This document shows positions 10,434 to 21,755 of a stretch of DNA of 64,000 nucleotides, one piece after another. The notes beneath the pieces are model-generated. The model was given only the letters and a program-made list of their open reading frames with translations. It ran no database searches and had not been told where the DNA came from. The DNA comes from an uncultured bacterium. GTDB lineage: Bacteria; Krumholzibacteriota; Krumholzibacteriia; JACNKJ01. Every line of letters starts with the position of its first letter. The stretch's first letter is position 1. The position numbers and the translations under genes were made by a program. The DNA lies in the NCBI GenBank assembly GCA_963695095.1, contig CAVOFT010000001.1, positions 2,464,001 to 2,528,000 of the forward strand, written 5' to 3'.

Positions 10434-11838
10434 TCACAGGTCCCGGTCCAGGCGCTGCTTGCCGGCCTGGCTGCGCACCGGCACCGGATAGTCCCCCGTG
10501 AAGCAGGCGGTGCAGAAGCCCTCCGGGCTCTTGGCGCAGCCCAGCATGCCCGCCAGGGACAGGTAGGCGAGGGAGTCCACGCCGAGGAAGCCGCGGATGC
10601 CCTCGACGTCGAAGCGCGAGCGGATCAGCTCTTCCTTGGTCGGCATGTCGATACCGTAGAAGCAGGGGTGGGTGATCGGCGGCGAGCTGATGCGCAGGTG
10701 CACTTCCCGCGCCCCGGCCTCGCGCAGCAGGCGCACGAGCTTGCGCATCGTCGAACCGCGCACGATGGAGTCGTCGACGACGGCCACGCGCTTGCCCCGC
10801 AGCACGCCGCGCACGGGGTTGTACTTGATGAGCACGCCCGCATCGCGCACGCTCTGCTTGGGGCTGATGAAGGTGCGGCCCACGTAGTGGTTGCGGATCA
10901 GCCCGAACTCGAAGCGGATGCCGCTCTCGAGGCTGTAGCCCAGCGCCGCGCTGTTGGACGAGTCGGGCACGGCGATGACGAAGTCCGCCTCCACCGGGTG
11001 CTCGCGGGCCAGCTGCTTGCCCAGCTTGCGGCGCACCTTGTCCACGTTCTCCTCGAAGACGATGCTGTCCGGCCGGGCGAAGTAGACGAACTCGAAGATG
11101 CAGCGCGCGGCCGCCGCCCCGCTGGCGACGATGGTGCTGTGCAGGCCCTGCTCGTCGATCATGATCAGCTCGCCGGGGACGACGTCGCGCTGGTACTGGC
11201 CGCCGACGATGTCGAAGGCGCAGCTCTCGCTCGCGACGAGCCAGGCCTCGCCCAGGCGGCCGATGCACAGGGGCCGAAAGCCGTGGCGGTCGCGATAGGC
11301 GAAGAGGCGGTCCTTGGCCAGGAGCAGCAGCGAGTAGGCGCCCTCCAGGCCGGTGACCGCCTCGGCGATCATGGCCCGCAGCTCGCTCTGCTCCGAGCGG
11401 GCGACGCGATGCAGCACCACCTCGCTGTCGCTGGTGGACTGGAAGATGTGCCCCTTGGCCTCCATGGCGTCGCGCAGCTCGACGGCATTGGTGATGTTGC
11501 CGTTGTGGGCGATCGCCAGGCGCCCCGCCTTGCAGTCGACGACGATGGGCTGCGCGTTGACCAGGCTGACGCGGCCGGTCGTGCTGTAGCGGTTGTGGCC
11601 GATGGCCAGGTGGCCGGCGAGCTGGGCCAGGCGCGCCTCGTTGAAGACGTCGCCGACCAGGCCCATGCCGATGTGGCTGGTCATGTGGCGGCTGTCGCTG
11701 GCCGTGATGCCGCTGGACTCCTGGCCGCGGTGCTGGAGCGCGTAGAGGCCCGAGGTAGCACAGCTCGGCCGCCCGCTCGTGCCCGTGGACGCCGATGATC
11801 CCGCATTCCTCGCGCGGCCGATCCGGTCCTCGCTTCAT
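10434..11838 (-). CDS. purF: Amidophosphoribosyltransferase, frameshift near 11750
   Basis: EECGIIG N-terminus, GHNRYST, HNGNITN, CIFEFVYFARPDS, VDDSIVRGST, PCFYGIDM. Confidence 0.95.
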
Positions 11839-12455
11839 GGGGCAGCGGCGCCCGCCGCCGCGCTCTGGAGCGTCACGCCGAGGAGATGGCCCTCTTGATA
11901 GTGAGGATTGAGCAGGAGACCCTCGTGGCGCCCGCGACTGACGGCCAGGTCGGCGGCGAGCGCGCGCGCCGCGTCCGCGCCGGCGGCGGCGAGGGACAGC
12001 TCCCAGTAGCTGCCCGTGCGCAGGCCCGTCAGCTCGAGTCCCGCCGCGGCAAGACCGGCCGCCATCCGCCCGGCCTGGATGCGCGCTTCGCCCCCTTCGT
12101 CAGTGACCCAGAGCCCGAGCAGCCAGATGGGCCCGCCCGGGGCGGCGAGTTCCTGCGGCGTGGATCTTGCCGCGACGAGGGGCTCGCCCTCCCCGAGCCG
12201 GTCGGCATCGAGCCAAGCGAGGCGCTCTTTGTTCGGATTGTAGAAGTCAGCGCTGCGCTCGACCTCGGCGGCCAGCAGGCGCTGGGCGTCGGTGCGGGCC
12301 GCCAGGCCCGCACCGCTGAGACTGAAGCGCCAGAGGCGATGACGCCTCAGGTCCAGCAGCCGGCCCTCCCAGCCGAGCTGGCCGGTGAGGGCCAGCCAGG
12401 CCGTCTCGCGCACGAGATCGGCCGTCTTCAGGCTGACGAGCAGATCAAGGCGCAT
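11835..12455 (-). CDS. PurS-like protein, apparently two tandem PurS domains
   Basis: Lies between purQ and purF; two half-domains ending FYNPNKE and LLNPHYQE (cf. PurS NPVIE). Confidence 0.6.
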   Translation of the reverse strand: MRLDLLVSLKTADLVRETAWLALTGQLGWEGRLLDLRRHRLWRFSLSGAGLAARTDAQRLLAAEVERSADFYNPNKERLAWLDADRLGEGEPLVAARSTPQELAAPGGPIWLLGLWVTDEGGEARIQAGRMAAGLAAAGLELTGLRTGSYWELSLAAAGADAARALAADLAVSRGRHEGLLLNPHYQEGHLLGVTLQSAAAGAAAP

Positions 12456-13308
12456 GGCGGCTCTCCTCGCGGGGCGCGGGGCGCTGGGCCGCCGCAACCA
12501 TGGCCGTGAAGAGGGCGTGGCCGGGACCCGGTCCGGCCAGCCGCTGCCAGTCGCCGGCGGCCGCGCGGCGCCGCTCGCCCCAGGGGCCGGCGAGCAGCGC
12601 GGGCACCTGGCCCAGATGCGCGGCGCGCTCGGGGTGGGGCATGATGGCCAGCACGTTGCCCGCCGGATTGCAGATGGCCGCAGCGTCGAGCGCGCTGCCG
12701 TTGGGGTTGGCCGGCCAGCCGCCGGCCGGCTCCCCCGCCGGGCCCACGTAGCGCAGGACGATCTGCCCCGCAGCCGCCAGCTCGGTGAAGAGCCCTTGGC
12801 GGCGGCTGGTGAAGCGACCCTCGCCGTGGGCGAAGGGGATGGGCAAGCGCTCGCCGGCCAGGGGAGCGAGCCAGGAGGGCGTCCGGGCGGCCACGGCCAG
12901 GTGGCTCCAGTCGGCGAAGTAGCCGCTCCTGCCCGTCATCAGGTTGGGCGCGAGGGCCATCTCGACGGCGCCCGGCTCGAGGCCCGGCACGAAGCCCGCC
13001 TCCACCAGCACCTGGGCGCCGTTGCAGATGCCCAGCACCGGCTTGCCGGCGGCGGCCTCGGCGAAGAGGGCATCGAGCACGCGCTCCTTGGCGGCCACGG
13101 CGCCGGCGCGGATGCGATCCTGGTAGCTGAAGCCGCCGGGCAGCAGGAAGAGCTCGAAGTCCGCCAGCCGCTCGGGCGCCTCGTTCCAGCGCAGGATCGT
13201 GGGCGCCGCTCCGGCGGCGGCCAGCGCGCGCGCCGACTCGTACTCGCAGTTGACCCCGGGGAACTGGATGACGGCCGCCCGCGGCGCTGTCTGTTCGCGC
13301 GCGCTCAT
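12445..13308 (-). CDS. purQ: FGAM synthase glutaminase subunit PurQ
   Basis: FPGVNCE, LPGGFSYQD, GICNGAQ, AHGEGRF, NPNGS, MPHPER. Confidence 0.95.
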   Translation of the reverse strand: MSAREQTAPRAAVIQFPGVNCEYESARALAAAGAAPTILRWNEAPERLADFELFLLPGGFSYQDRIRAGAVAAKERVLDALFAEAAAGKPVLGICNGAQVLVEAGFVPGLEPGAVEMALAPNLMTGRSGYFADWSHLAVAARTPSWLAPLAGERLPIPFAHGEGRFTSRRQGLFTELAAAGQIVLRYVGPAGEPAGGWPANPNGSALDAAAICNPAGNVLAIMPHPERAAHLGQVPALLAGPWGERRRAAAGDWQRLAGPGPGHALFTAMVAAAQRPAPREESRHAP

Positions 13309-15716
13309 CGGCCGACCTCCGCAGCGGCGGCGCCGGCGCTCGCCGCCGGCGCCATCTGAAAGAGCGCGGGCAGGGTGCCCTGCCAGGCGGCGATGAGATC
13401 GGCGAGGGCCAGATCGATGCGCATCGCGCCATCGACCGCCAGGCGCAGGGCCCCGTCGCCGTTCACGCGGCCCCAGGCCGCGGGCGCGAGGCCGGCCTCT
13501 GCGCAGCGGGCCCGGAAGTCCTCGACGTGCGCGGGGTCCAGCTCGAGGAGGAAGCCGCCCGTCTCGCCGAAGAGGGCGGCGATGGCGTCGAGTCCCGCGC
13601 CCGGCAGGTCGAGATCCAGGCCCAGGCCCAGCGCCCCGGGCCGGCGGCCGAGCAGCATCTCGGCGGCGGCGACGGCCACGCCGCCTTCGCCCACGTCGTG
13701 GGCCGCCCGCACCCAGCCGGCCTGGACGCTCTCGATCACCACGCGCGCCTCGGCGCGCAGGCGCGCGAAGTCGGGCGCGGGCAGCGCGCCGCCGGCCGAG
13801 CCCAGGATGACGCGGTGGTAGGCGCCGCCGCCCAGGGCCTCCGCGCGCGGCCCGAGCAGGACCAGCGGGTCCCCGGCCATCAGCAATTGCTGGCCGGGCA
13901 CCCGACTCACGTCGGGGACGCGGCCGATGAGCGCCACGATGGGACTGGGCGGAATCGCGGCCCCCCGCGCGCTCTCGTTGTAGAAGCTGACGTTGCCGCT
14001 CACGACGGGGATGGGATGCCGCGGCTCGAGCTCGCGGTCGTCCTCGGCGAGGCGGCCGATGGCGCGGCAGGCCTCGCCGATGCCGCGCACGCCCTCGACG
14101 AAGGCGCCGAAGGGCTCGGGCTTTTCCGGATTGCCGTAGTTGAGGCAGTCGGTGAGCGCCAGGGGCCAGGCGCCCTGGCAGGCCAGGTTGCGCAGGGCCT
14201 CGCAGACGGCCAGCGCTCCGCCCAGGTAGGGATCGCGCTCGCCGTAGAAGGGATTGCCGTCGCAGGTGACGGCGAAGCCCAGCGGGCTATCGGCGAAGGG
14301 CGCGCTCACCCCGCTGTCGCCCTCGCCCGGGCGCAGGCAGGCGTGGCCCTGCACCTCGCCGTCGTAGTGCTGGTAGAGGTAGCTGCGGTCGCAGAGATTG
14401 GGATCGGCGAGCAGGGTCAGCAGGTCGGCGCCGAGATCGCGGCCAGGATCGCGCGGCGGCGCCGGCAGCGCGCGGGCGACCGGCGCGCTCGCGCGCTCGT
14501 AGCGGATGCCGCTGGTCACCACCTCCACGGGGGCGTCGCAGAGGACATCCTCGCCGCGGGTCAGCGTGTAGCGGCCGTCCTGAGTGACCTCGCCCACGAC
14601 GCGCGCGCAGGCGCCGCGGTAGACGTGGGGCAGGTCGAAGTCCTCGTTGTAGATTGCGAGCACCTGGGCGCTGAAGCGGCGGGGCACGGCCCAGCCGTAG
14701 CGCTCCTGCGTCTCGCTGCAGGCGATGACGCGGCTGGCCAGGCGCTGATCGGAAACGTGCACCCGGTCCAGCCAGACGCGCATGCCGAAGCCGCCGGCCT
14801 CGGCCAGCTCGCTGGAGACGCAGGCGATGCCGCCCGCGCCCAGGTCCTTGAAGCCGATGGCGATGCCCTCGGCGCGGGCGAGGGCGAGCACGGCCTTGTT
14901 GGCCTCGCTGAGCACGCGCTTGAGGAAGGGGTCGGGCACCTGCACGGCGCCGCGGTTCTCCACGCCCTCGTCGAGGATCACGCTCGCGAAGGCGGCGCCG
15001 CCGAAGCCCGACTCGTCGGTGGGCTTGCCCACGAGGATGAAGTCGTAGGGTTCGTTGGCGGCCTCGGCGGGCACGCGGCTGCGCACGATCTCGTCCTCGG
15101 GGACGAGGCCCACGGCCACCACGTTGACCAGGCAGTTGTCGTCGTAGCCCGGGTGGAAGACGAGATCGCCGCCCAGGTTGGGCACGCCGAGCGCGTTGGC
15201 GTAGTGCCAGATGCCGTCGACGACGCCGGCCATGATCGCGCGGCTGCGCGCGGCCTGCGCCCCCCGCGGATCGCCGAAGCGCAGCGGGTCGAGCACGCCC
15301 ACCACCGTGGCGCCCATGCAGTAGACGTCGCGCACGATGCCGCCGATGCCGGTGGCCGCGCCCTCGAAGGGCAGCACCTGGCTGGGGTGGTTGTGGCTCT
15401 CGTGCCCGATGACCAGGCACCAGCGGCGGCCGTCGGCCTCGCCCAGACGCACGACGCCGGCATCCTCGACGGGTCCGAGCACCACGTCGGGCCCCTCGGT
15501 GGGCAGCCAGCGCTTCAGGTGCTCGCGGCTGCTCTTGTAGGAGCAGTGCTCGCTCCACATGGTGTCGAAGAGGGTGAGTTCGGTGAGCGTGGGCGCGCGC
15601 TCGAGCAGTTCGCCGACGCGGCGGGCCTCGCCGAGCTTGAGCGTGAGGCCATGCGTGCGGAGCAGCCGCTCCAGTTCGGCGTCCTCGAGTCGCCTGACGT
15701 CGATCACGGCTTCCAT
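13305..15716 (-). CDS. purL: FGAM synthase synthetase subunit PurL (small form)
   Basis: WSEHCSYKSS, ESHNHPS, GAATGIGG, DLGAGG, SETQER, TDCLNYGNP, VSGNVSFYNE; start taken at MEAVIDV. Confidence 0.95.
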   Translation of the reverse strand: MEAVIDVRRLEDAELERLLRTHGLTLKLGEARRVGELLERAPTLTELTLFDTMWSEHCSYKSSREHLKRWLPTEGPDVVLGPVEDAGVVRLGEADGRRWCLVIGHESHNHPSQVLPFEGAATGIGGIVRDVYCMGATVVGVLDPLRFGDPRGAQAARSRAIMAGVVDGIWHYANALGVPNLGGDLVFHPGYDDNCLVNVVAVGLVPEDEIVRSRVPAEAANEPYDFILVGKPTDESGFGGAAFASVILDEGVENRGAVQVPDPFLKRVLSEANKAVLALARAEGIAIGFKDLGAGGIACVSSELAEAGGFGMRVWLDRVHVSDQRLASRVIACSETQERYGWAVPRRFSAQVLAIYNEDFDLPHVYRGACARVVGEVTQDGRYTLTRGEDVLCDAPVEVVTSGIRYERASAPVARALPAPPRDPGRDLGADLLTLLADPNLCDRSYLYQHYDGEVQGHACLRPGEGDSGVSAPFADSPLGFAVTCDGNPFYGERDPYLGGALAVCEALRNLACQGAWPLALTDCLNYGNPEKPEPFGAFVEGVRGIGEACRAIGRLAEDDRELEPRHPIPVVSGNVSFYNESARGAAIPPSPIVALIGRVPDVSRVPGQQLLMAGDPLVLLGPRAEALGGGAYHRVILGSAGGALPAPDFARLRAEARVVIESVQAGWVRAAHDVGEGGVAVAAAEMLLGRRPGALGLGLDLDLPGAGLDAIAALFGETGGFLLELDPAHVEDFRARCAEAGLAPAAWGRVNGDGALRLAVDGAMRIDLALADLIAAWQGTLPALFQMAPAASAGAAAAEVGR

Positions 15717-15839
15717 GGCTGCCGCCCGCCGCCGCCCGCAGGCGCCGGAAAAAGGAGGTTGGCTGCGCTGGGAAAGGCCATATACTAGGCAAGTCCGGCT
15801 GAATGTCCAGCCCCTTTTCCACAAGCCCCGAGGGAGCGC

Positions 15840-16868
15840 ATGGACGCCCACAAGACCCTGCAGAGCATCTTCCACATTCTCGGCATCCTGGTCATCCTCG
15901 GCTTCCTCAGCCTGCAGGCGGGAAGCTGCATGCTGCTGGTCACGGCGATGAACGCGAGCGAGGAGGAAGGCGCTGTCCCGCGCGCCGGCCGCGACGAGCA
16001 CCTCTTCGGCGACGAGCAGGCCGCGGCCAGTTTCCTGCGCGTACCCATCGTCGGCGTGATCAGCGCCGAGCCCGAGCAGAACGTCTTCGGCCTGCGGCGG
16101 CCCTCCCTGCTCGATACCGTGGACGAACAGCTGACCCACGCCGCCGAGAGCCCGAGCATCCATGGCCTGCTCCTGGACATCGACTCGCCGGGCGGCGCCG
16201 TCGATCCCTCGGATGTCATCTTCCAGCGCCTGCGCCGCTTCACGGCCAACACGGGCAAGCCCGTCGTCGCGCGCATGAACGGCCTGGCGGCCAGCGGCGG
16301 CTACTACGTGGCCATGGGCGCAAGCCGCATCCTCGCCCACCCGAGCTGCCTGACGGGTTCGATCGGCGTCATTATCCAGAGCTGGAACGGCGCCGGCCTC
16401 CTCGAGAAGCTGGGCGTGGAGCTGGTCACCCTGACCAGCGGGCCCAACAAGGACCTGCTCAATCCGGGCAAGCCGATGAGCAAGGAGCACCGGGTGATCA
16501 TCCAGGGCATCGTGGACGACGCCTACGGCGCCTTCGTGGCGGCGGTGGCGACCGGTCGCGGCATGGACTCCCTGCGCGTGCGCGAGCTGGCGGACGGCCG
16601 CATCTACACGGCGCGGCAGGCCCAGGCCCTCGGCCTCATCGATGCCGTCGGCTACGAAGAAGAGCTGCTGGACATGCTGCGCGAGGTGGCCGGGACCGAA
16701 TCCGTGCGCGTGGTCGAGCACCGCCTGCGCCAGCCGCTCTGGGACCGGCTCGCCCAGGGGCTCGAGGGCCGCCTCGCAGGGGCCGCGGCGCCCAGCGCCG
16801 TCATCGAGCGGCGCCTGGCCGACATCGCCCCCGCGCCGGGGCTCTACTACCTCTGGCCGGGCTTCTAG
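15840..16868 (+). CDS. sppA: Signal peptide peptidase SppA (short S49 form)
   Basis: N-terminal TM, IDSPGG, AASGGYY (catalytic Ser), TGSIGV, SGPNKD (Lys), ADGRIYTA. Confidence 0.92.
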   Translation: MDAHKTLQSIFHILGILVILGFLSLQAGSCMLLVTAMNASEEEGAVPRAGRDEHLFGDEQAAASFLRVPIVGVISAEPEQNVFGLRRPSLLDTVDEQLTHAAESPSIHGLLLDIDSPGGAVDPSDVIFQRLRRFTANTGKPVVARMNGLAASGGYYVAMGASRILAHPSCLTGSIGVIIQSWNGAGLLEKLGVELVTLTSGPNKDLLNPGKPMSKEHRVIIQGIVDDAYGAFVAAVATGRGMDSLRVRELADGRIYTARQAQALGLIDAVGYEEELLDMLREVAGTESVRVVEHRLRQPLWDRLAQGLEGRLAGAAAPSAVIERRLADIAPAPGLYYLWPGF

Positions 16869-16884
16869 GCGCTGCGCGATCCCG

Positions 16885-16922
16885 AAAAGACGGCGGCCCT
16901 CCCCGGGGGGAGGGCCGCTTTG
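16885..16922. terminator. Bidirectional intrinsic terminator
   Basis: GCGGCCCTCCC-loop-GGGAGGGCCGC (16893-16918) with TTTG on + and TTTT on -. Confidence 0.75.
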
Positions 16923-16973
16923 CTCGTTGTCGAGTCTCCGCAAGGCCACGAAGCGCGCTTGGCTTCACTCGCT
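16885..16973 (-). ncRNA. Candidate ~85-90 nt small RNA
   Basis: Bounded by a near-consensus promoter upstream and the terminator downstream, with no credible CDS between them. Confidence 0.4.
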
Positions 16974-16979
16974 GCCCAG

Positions 16980-17008
16980 AGCATAGCCTCGTCTCAGCGG
17001 CCTGTCAA
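16980..17008 (-). promoter_or_regulatory. Near-consensus sigma70 promoter just downstream of the OMP stop codon
   Basis: TTGACA-17 nt-TATGCT. Confidence 0.65.
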
Positions 17009-17017
17009 AGCCCCCAG

Positions 17018-17560
17018 CTAGAACTGGAAGACGACGTTCACCGTGAACTGGTTCGCGTCGCTGATGAGGTTGTAGCGCGCTTCTCCGGACAGCTGCTCGT
17101 TGATCCGGAAGCCGCCGCCCAGGGTCAGGCCGAACTCGGTGGTGCTGTCGTCGATGGGAAAGTCCGGCTCCGGATCCACCGAATAGCTGAAGTAGTGGAG
17201 GCCCAGGCCGCCGACGCCGTAGATCGGGCTGTCGGGATTGAACTGGTACTCGGCCAGGGCCAGGAAGGGGATCTGCGTGTAGCTGTACTCGTAGGAGTAG
17301 GTCTCGCTCAGAATCGTGTACTCGTAGTCCTTGCCCGCGTAGAAGATGTAGCCCACCTCGCCGCGGAAGCTGAGACGATCGTCGTGGGGCACCTTGAGGC
17401 CCACGCCGCCGCCGAAGCCGTTGCCGGCGAAGTCGGCCCAGTCGCCCGTGGGCAGGACGAAGATGCCGTGGATGTAGAAGGTGCGGGCGTCCATGTCCAT
17501 GGCCAGGGCGCCACCGGCGCCGAGCGCCAGGATCAGCAAGGCAAGCGCAAGCTTACGCAT
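17018..17560 (-). CDS. Small outer-membrane beta-barrel protein (OmpA-TM/porin-like)
   Basis: Signal peptide, aromatic/Gly-rich amphipathic strands, C-terminal Phe (VNVVFQF). Confidence 0.8.
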   Translation of the reverse strand: MRKLALALLILALGAGGALAMDMDARTFYIHGIFVLPTGDWADFAGNGFGGGVGLKVPHDDRLSFRGEVGYIFYAGKDYEYTILSETYSYEYSYTQIPFLALAEYQFNPDSPIYGVGGLGLHYFSYSVDPEPDFPIDDSTTEFGLTLGGGFRINEQLSGEARYNLISDANQFTVNVVFQF

Positions 17561-17663
17561 CGAAGAGCCTCCAAAGGCTAGGGTACAGGGTTGCAACCGG
17601 CGGCAGCCTAGATCAAGGCTCCGGAGCTTGTGAAGCAAATCTTTCGCCAGGCGACCGGGCGCC

Positions 17664-18948
<1,285 letters not shown>

Positions 18949-18956
<8 letters not shown>

Positions 18957-20202
18957 GCGGCTCCTTGTAGCTCTCGAGGGTAACCGGCAGCGTGAGCGTC
19001 TTGCCGTCCCGATGGACGCTGAGCTTGACCCGGTCCCCCACCTCGTAGCGGGCGAAGAGGCGGTTGCCCTCGCCGAGATTGGCCACGGACTGCCCGTCGA
19101 TGGCCGTCACCACGTCGCCCGGCTGCAGGCCGCCGGACTCGGCCGGCCCGCCCCTGAACACGGTGGTGACGAAGAGGCCGCTCCTCACGCCCAGTCCATA
19201 GTGCACGACGTGGAAGGGCTTCAGGTCCGTGGCCTCGAAGCCGGCCCAGGTGTCGCGCACCTGGCCGAACTTCTCGAACTCGTTGAGGATCCAGATCACC
19301 TTGTTGATGGGCCGCGCGAAGCCGATGCCCAGGCTCCCCCCCGACTTGGAGAAGATGAGGGTGTTGATGCCGATCACCTTGCCCTCGCCGTCCACCAAGG
19401 GGCCGCCGCTGTTGCCGGGGTTGATGGCGGCGTCGGTCTGGATCATGTCCGTGTAGAGGCCCTCGCCGCCGGCCGACACCTCGCGGTGCAGGGCGCTGAC
19501 CACGCCCACGGTGACGCTGGGCCGGATGTCGTTGAGCTGGAAGCCGAAGGGGCTGCCGATGGCGATGGTCCACTCGCCGATCAGGAGCTCGTCGCTGTCG
19601 CCGAGCTCGGCATAGGGCACCATCTGCTCCTCGGCCAGCTCGAGCTGCAGCAGGGCGATGTCATGCTTCGTGCTCGCGTCGAGCAGCTTGGCCGGGAAGC
19701 TGCGGCCGTCGCTGAGGGTGACGCGGATCGAGCGCGCGCCGTCGACGACGTGGTTGTTCGTCACCACGCGGCCATAGGGGCTGACGAGCACGCCGCTGCC
19801 CTGGCCGGGCACCTCCTGCTCGTAGACGCGGGGGCGGCCGTAGAACTCGAAGTACTCGAAGATGGAGCGCGGCTGCGAGACGTAGCGCTGTACCTGTGTG
19901 ACCTGCACGGAGACCACCGCCGGCGCCACCTTCTCCGTGGCGCGCACGATGGCATTGCGCCGGCCCTCGCCGACGGCCTCCAGACCGGCCAGGCGGGCGT
20001 CGCCGGTCTCCAGACGCAGCGAGGCGAACTGCTCGAGCAAGAGGCCCTGGGCCTCGCGCCGCAGCAGGCCGGGCGCCTTGAGGACCAGGAAGAGCAGGGC
20101 CGCCAGGGCCGCCAGGGACAGGCCCGTCAGCACGCCGGTCAGGACCGGCACCCAGCGCTGGGCGCGGCGCCGCCCGGCTTCATTCTCGTGGCCGCTCAGC
20201 AC
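18949..20202 (-). CDS. HtrA/DegS-family serine protease with one PDZ domain
   Basis: N-terminal TM, TNNHVV, DIALL, QTDAAINPGNSGG, C-terminal PDZ. Confidence 0.92.
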
Positions 20203-20203
20203 C

Positions 20204-20851
20204 TCAGCTCCCCTTGCGGGCCTGCCAGTCGGCCAGGAAGCGCTCGATACCGATGTCGGTGAGCGGGTGCTTGATGAGCTGGGCGATCACCTTGTAGGGA
20301 ATCGTCGCCACGTCGGCGCCGAGTCGCGCCGCCTCGACCACGTGGACGGGATGGCGCACGCTGGCCACCAGCACCTCGGTATTGAAGCCGTAGTTCTGGT
20401 AGAGCTGGACGATGTCGGCGATCAGGTCCATGCCGTCCTGGCCGATGTCGTCCAGGCGCCCGACGAAGGGGCTGACGTAGCTCGCCCCCGCCTTGGCGAC
20501 CAGCAGGGCCTGGGTCACCGAGAAGCAGAGGGTGGCGTTGGTCGGCGTGCCCTCGGCCTTGAAGGCCTTGATCGCGCGCAGGCCGTCGAGGGTGGTCGGC
20601 ACCTTGACCACGATGTTGTCGGCGATCTTGCGCAGCTCCCGGCCCTCGCGCAGCATCCCTTCGGCATCCAGGGCCAGCACCTCCGCGCTGACCGGCCCGG
20701 GCACGAGGGCGCAGATCTCGGCCAGGATGGCGCGCGGATCGCCCTTCTCCCTGGCCATCAGGCTGGGGTTGGTGGTGACGCCGTCCAGCACGCCCATCGC
20801 GGCGGCCTGGCGGATCTCCTCCACGTTGGCGGTGTCGATGAAAAAGCGCAT
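20204..20851 (-). CDS. Transaldolase/fructose-6-phosphate aldolase family (TalC/FsaA type)
   Basis: [38 protein letters not shown]. Confidence 0.93.
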   Translation of the reverse strand: MRFFIDTANVEEIRQAAAMGVLDGVTTNPSLMAREKGDPRAILAEICALVPGPVSAEVLALDAEGMLREGRELRKIADNIVVKVPTTLDGLRAIKAFKAEGTPTNATLCFSVTQALLVAKAGASYVSPFVGRLDDIGQDGMDLIADIVQLYQNYGFNTEVLVASVRHPVHVVEAARLGADVATIPYKVIAQLIKHPLTDIGIERFLADWQARKGS

Positions 20852-20939
20852 CCCTCGTCCCCTCTCGGATTGGAGCCGCCGGCCGGGCGACCGGCGCGGG
20901 CAGTATAGGCAAGGCGTCCGGCGCCGTCCAGGGCCGGAC

Positions 20940-21755
20940 TCAGTCGCCGGGCGCGTCCCACTCGGCCGCCGCACCGGCGCGCTCGGCGGGCGTCAAGAAG
21001 CGCGGCGGATACTCCACGCGCTCGAGAAAGAGGCCCTGGGGCGGCGCCGTGGGGCCGGCCAGGCGGCGGTCGCCGCTGGCGAGGATGGCCTCGATCCGCT
21101 CCGGCCCCCAGCGCCCGCGGCCGATCTCCACCAAGGTGCCCACGAGAATGCGCACCATGTTGTGCAGGAAGCGATCGGCGCCCACGCGCAAACGGAGCTC
21201 GGCCGCTTCCGGTTCCCGCGGCGCGAGCTCGAGCAGACGCAGGCGGCAGCGCGTGCCGCGCAGGGCGCCGAGGCGCGTGGAGAAGGCGCGGAAGTCCTCG
21301 GCGCCGGCGAAGCGCGCGATCGCCGCCTCCATCGCCGTCAGGTCGAGCGGGCTGTGCAACTCCCAGCGCAAGCGGCGCAGGGGTGCGCAGGGCGCGAGCC
21401 CGAGCCGGTACTGATAGAAGCGAGCCGTGGCCGAGAAGCGCGCGTTGAAGTCCGCCGGCGCCTCGTGGAGGGCCAGCGGCGAGATGTCCACAGGCAAGAG
21501 GCCGCGCAGGGCAGCCAGCATCCGCTCGGGGGTGAGCGGTCGGTCGGGCGGCGCCGTGAGCTGGAAGGAGGCGCACTGGGCCAGCGCATGCACGCCCGCA
21601 TCGGTGCGGCCCGCCCCCTGCACCGCCACCGGCGCGCGGGCGAGCACGGCGAGGGCCTGCTCCAGCTCCCCCTGCACGCTGCGCAGGCCGGGCTGGCGCT
21701 GCCAGCCATGGAAGTCCGCGCCGTCGTAGGCCACGAGGAGACGGTAGCAGGGCAT
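20940..21755 (-). CDS. truA: tRNA pseudouridine(38-40) synthase TruA
   Basis: [47 protein letters not shown]. Confidence 0.95.
   Translation of the reverse strand: MPCYRLLVAYDGADFHGWQRQPGLRSVQGELEQALAVLARAPVAVQGAGRTDAGVHALAQCASFQLTAPPDRPLTPERMLAALRGLLPVDISPLALHEAPADFNARFSATARFYQYRLGLAPCAPLRRLRWELHSPLDLTAMEAAIARFAGAEDFRAFSTRLGALRGTRCRLRLLELAPREPEAAELRLRVGADRFLHNMVRILVGTLVEIGRGRWGPERIEAILASGDRRLAGPTAPPQGLFLERVEYPPRFLTPAERAGAAAEWDAPGD

Noticed and set aside
3700..11760. Programmed frameshifting or phase variation at the PRODH, MPG and purF breaks
   Set aside because: No shared slippery motif or long SSR at the breaks; too many unrelated genes affected.
15717..16949. Apparent 411-aa N-terminal extension of PurL
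   Set aside because: It is the antisense of sppA; PurL homology starts at MEAVIDV (15716).
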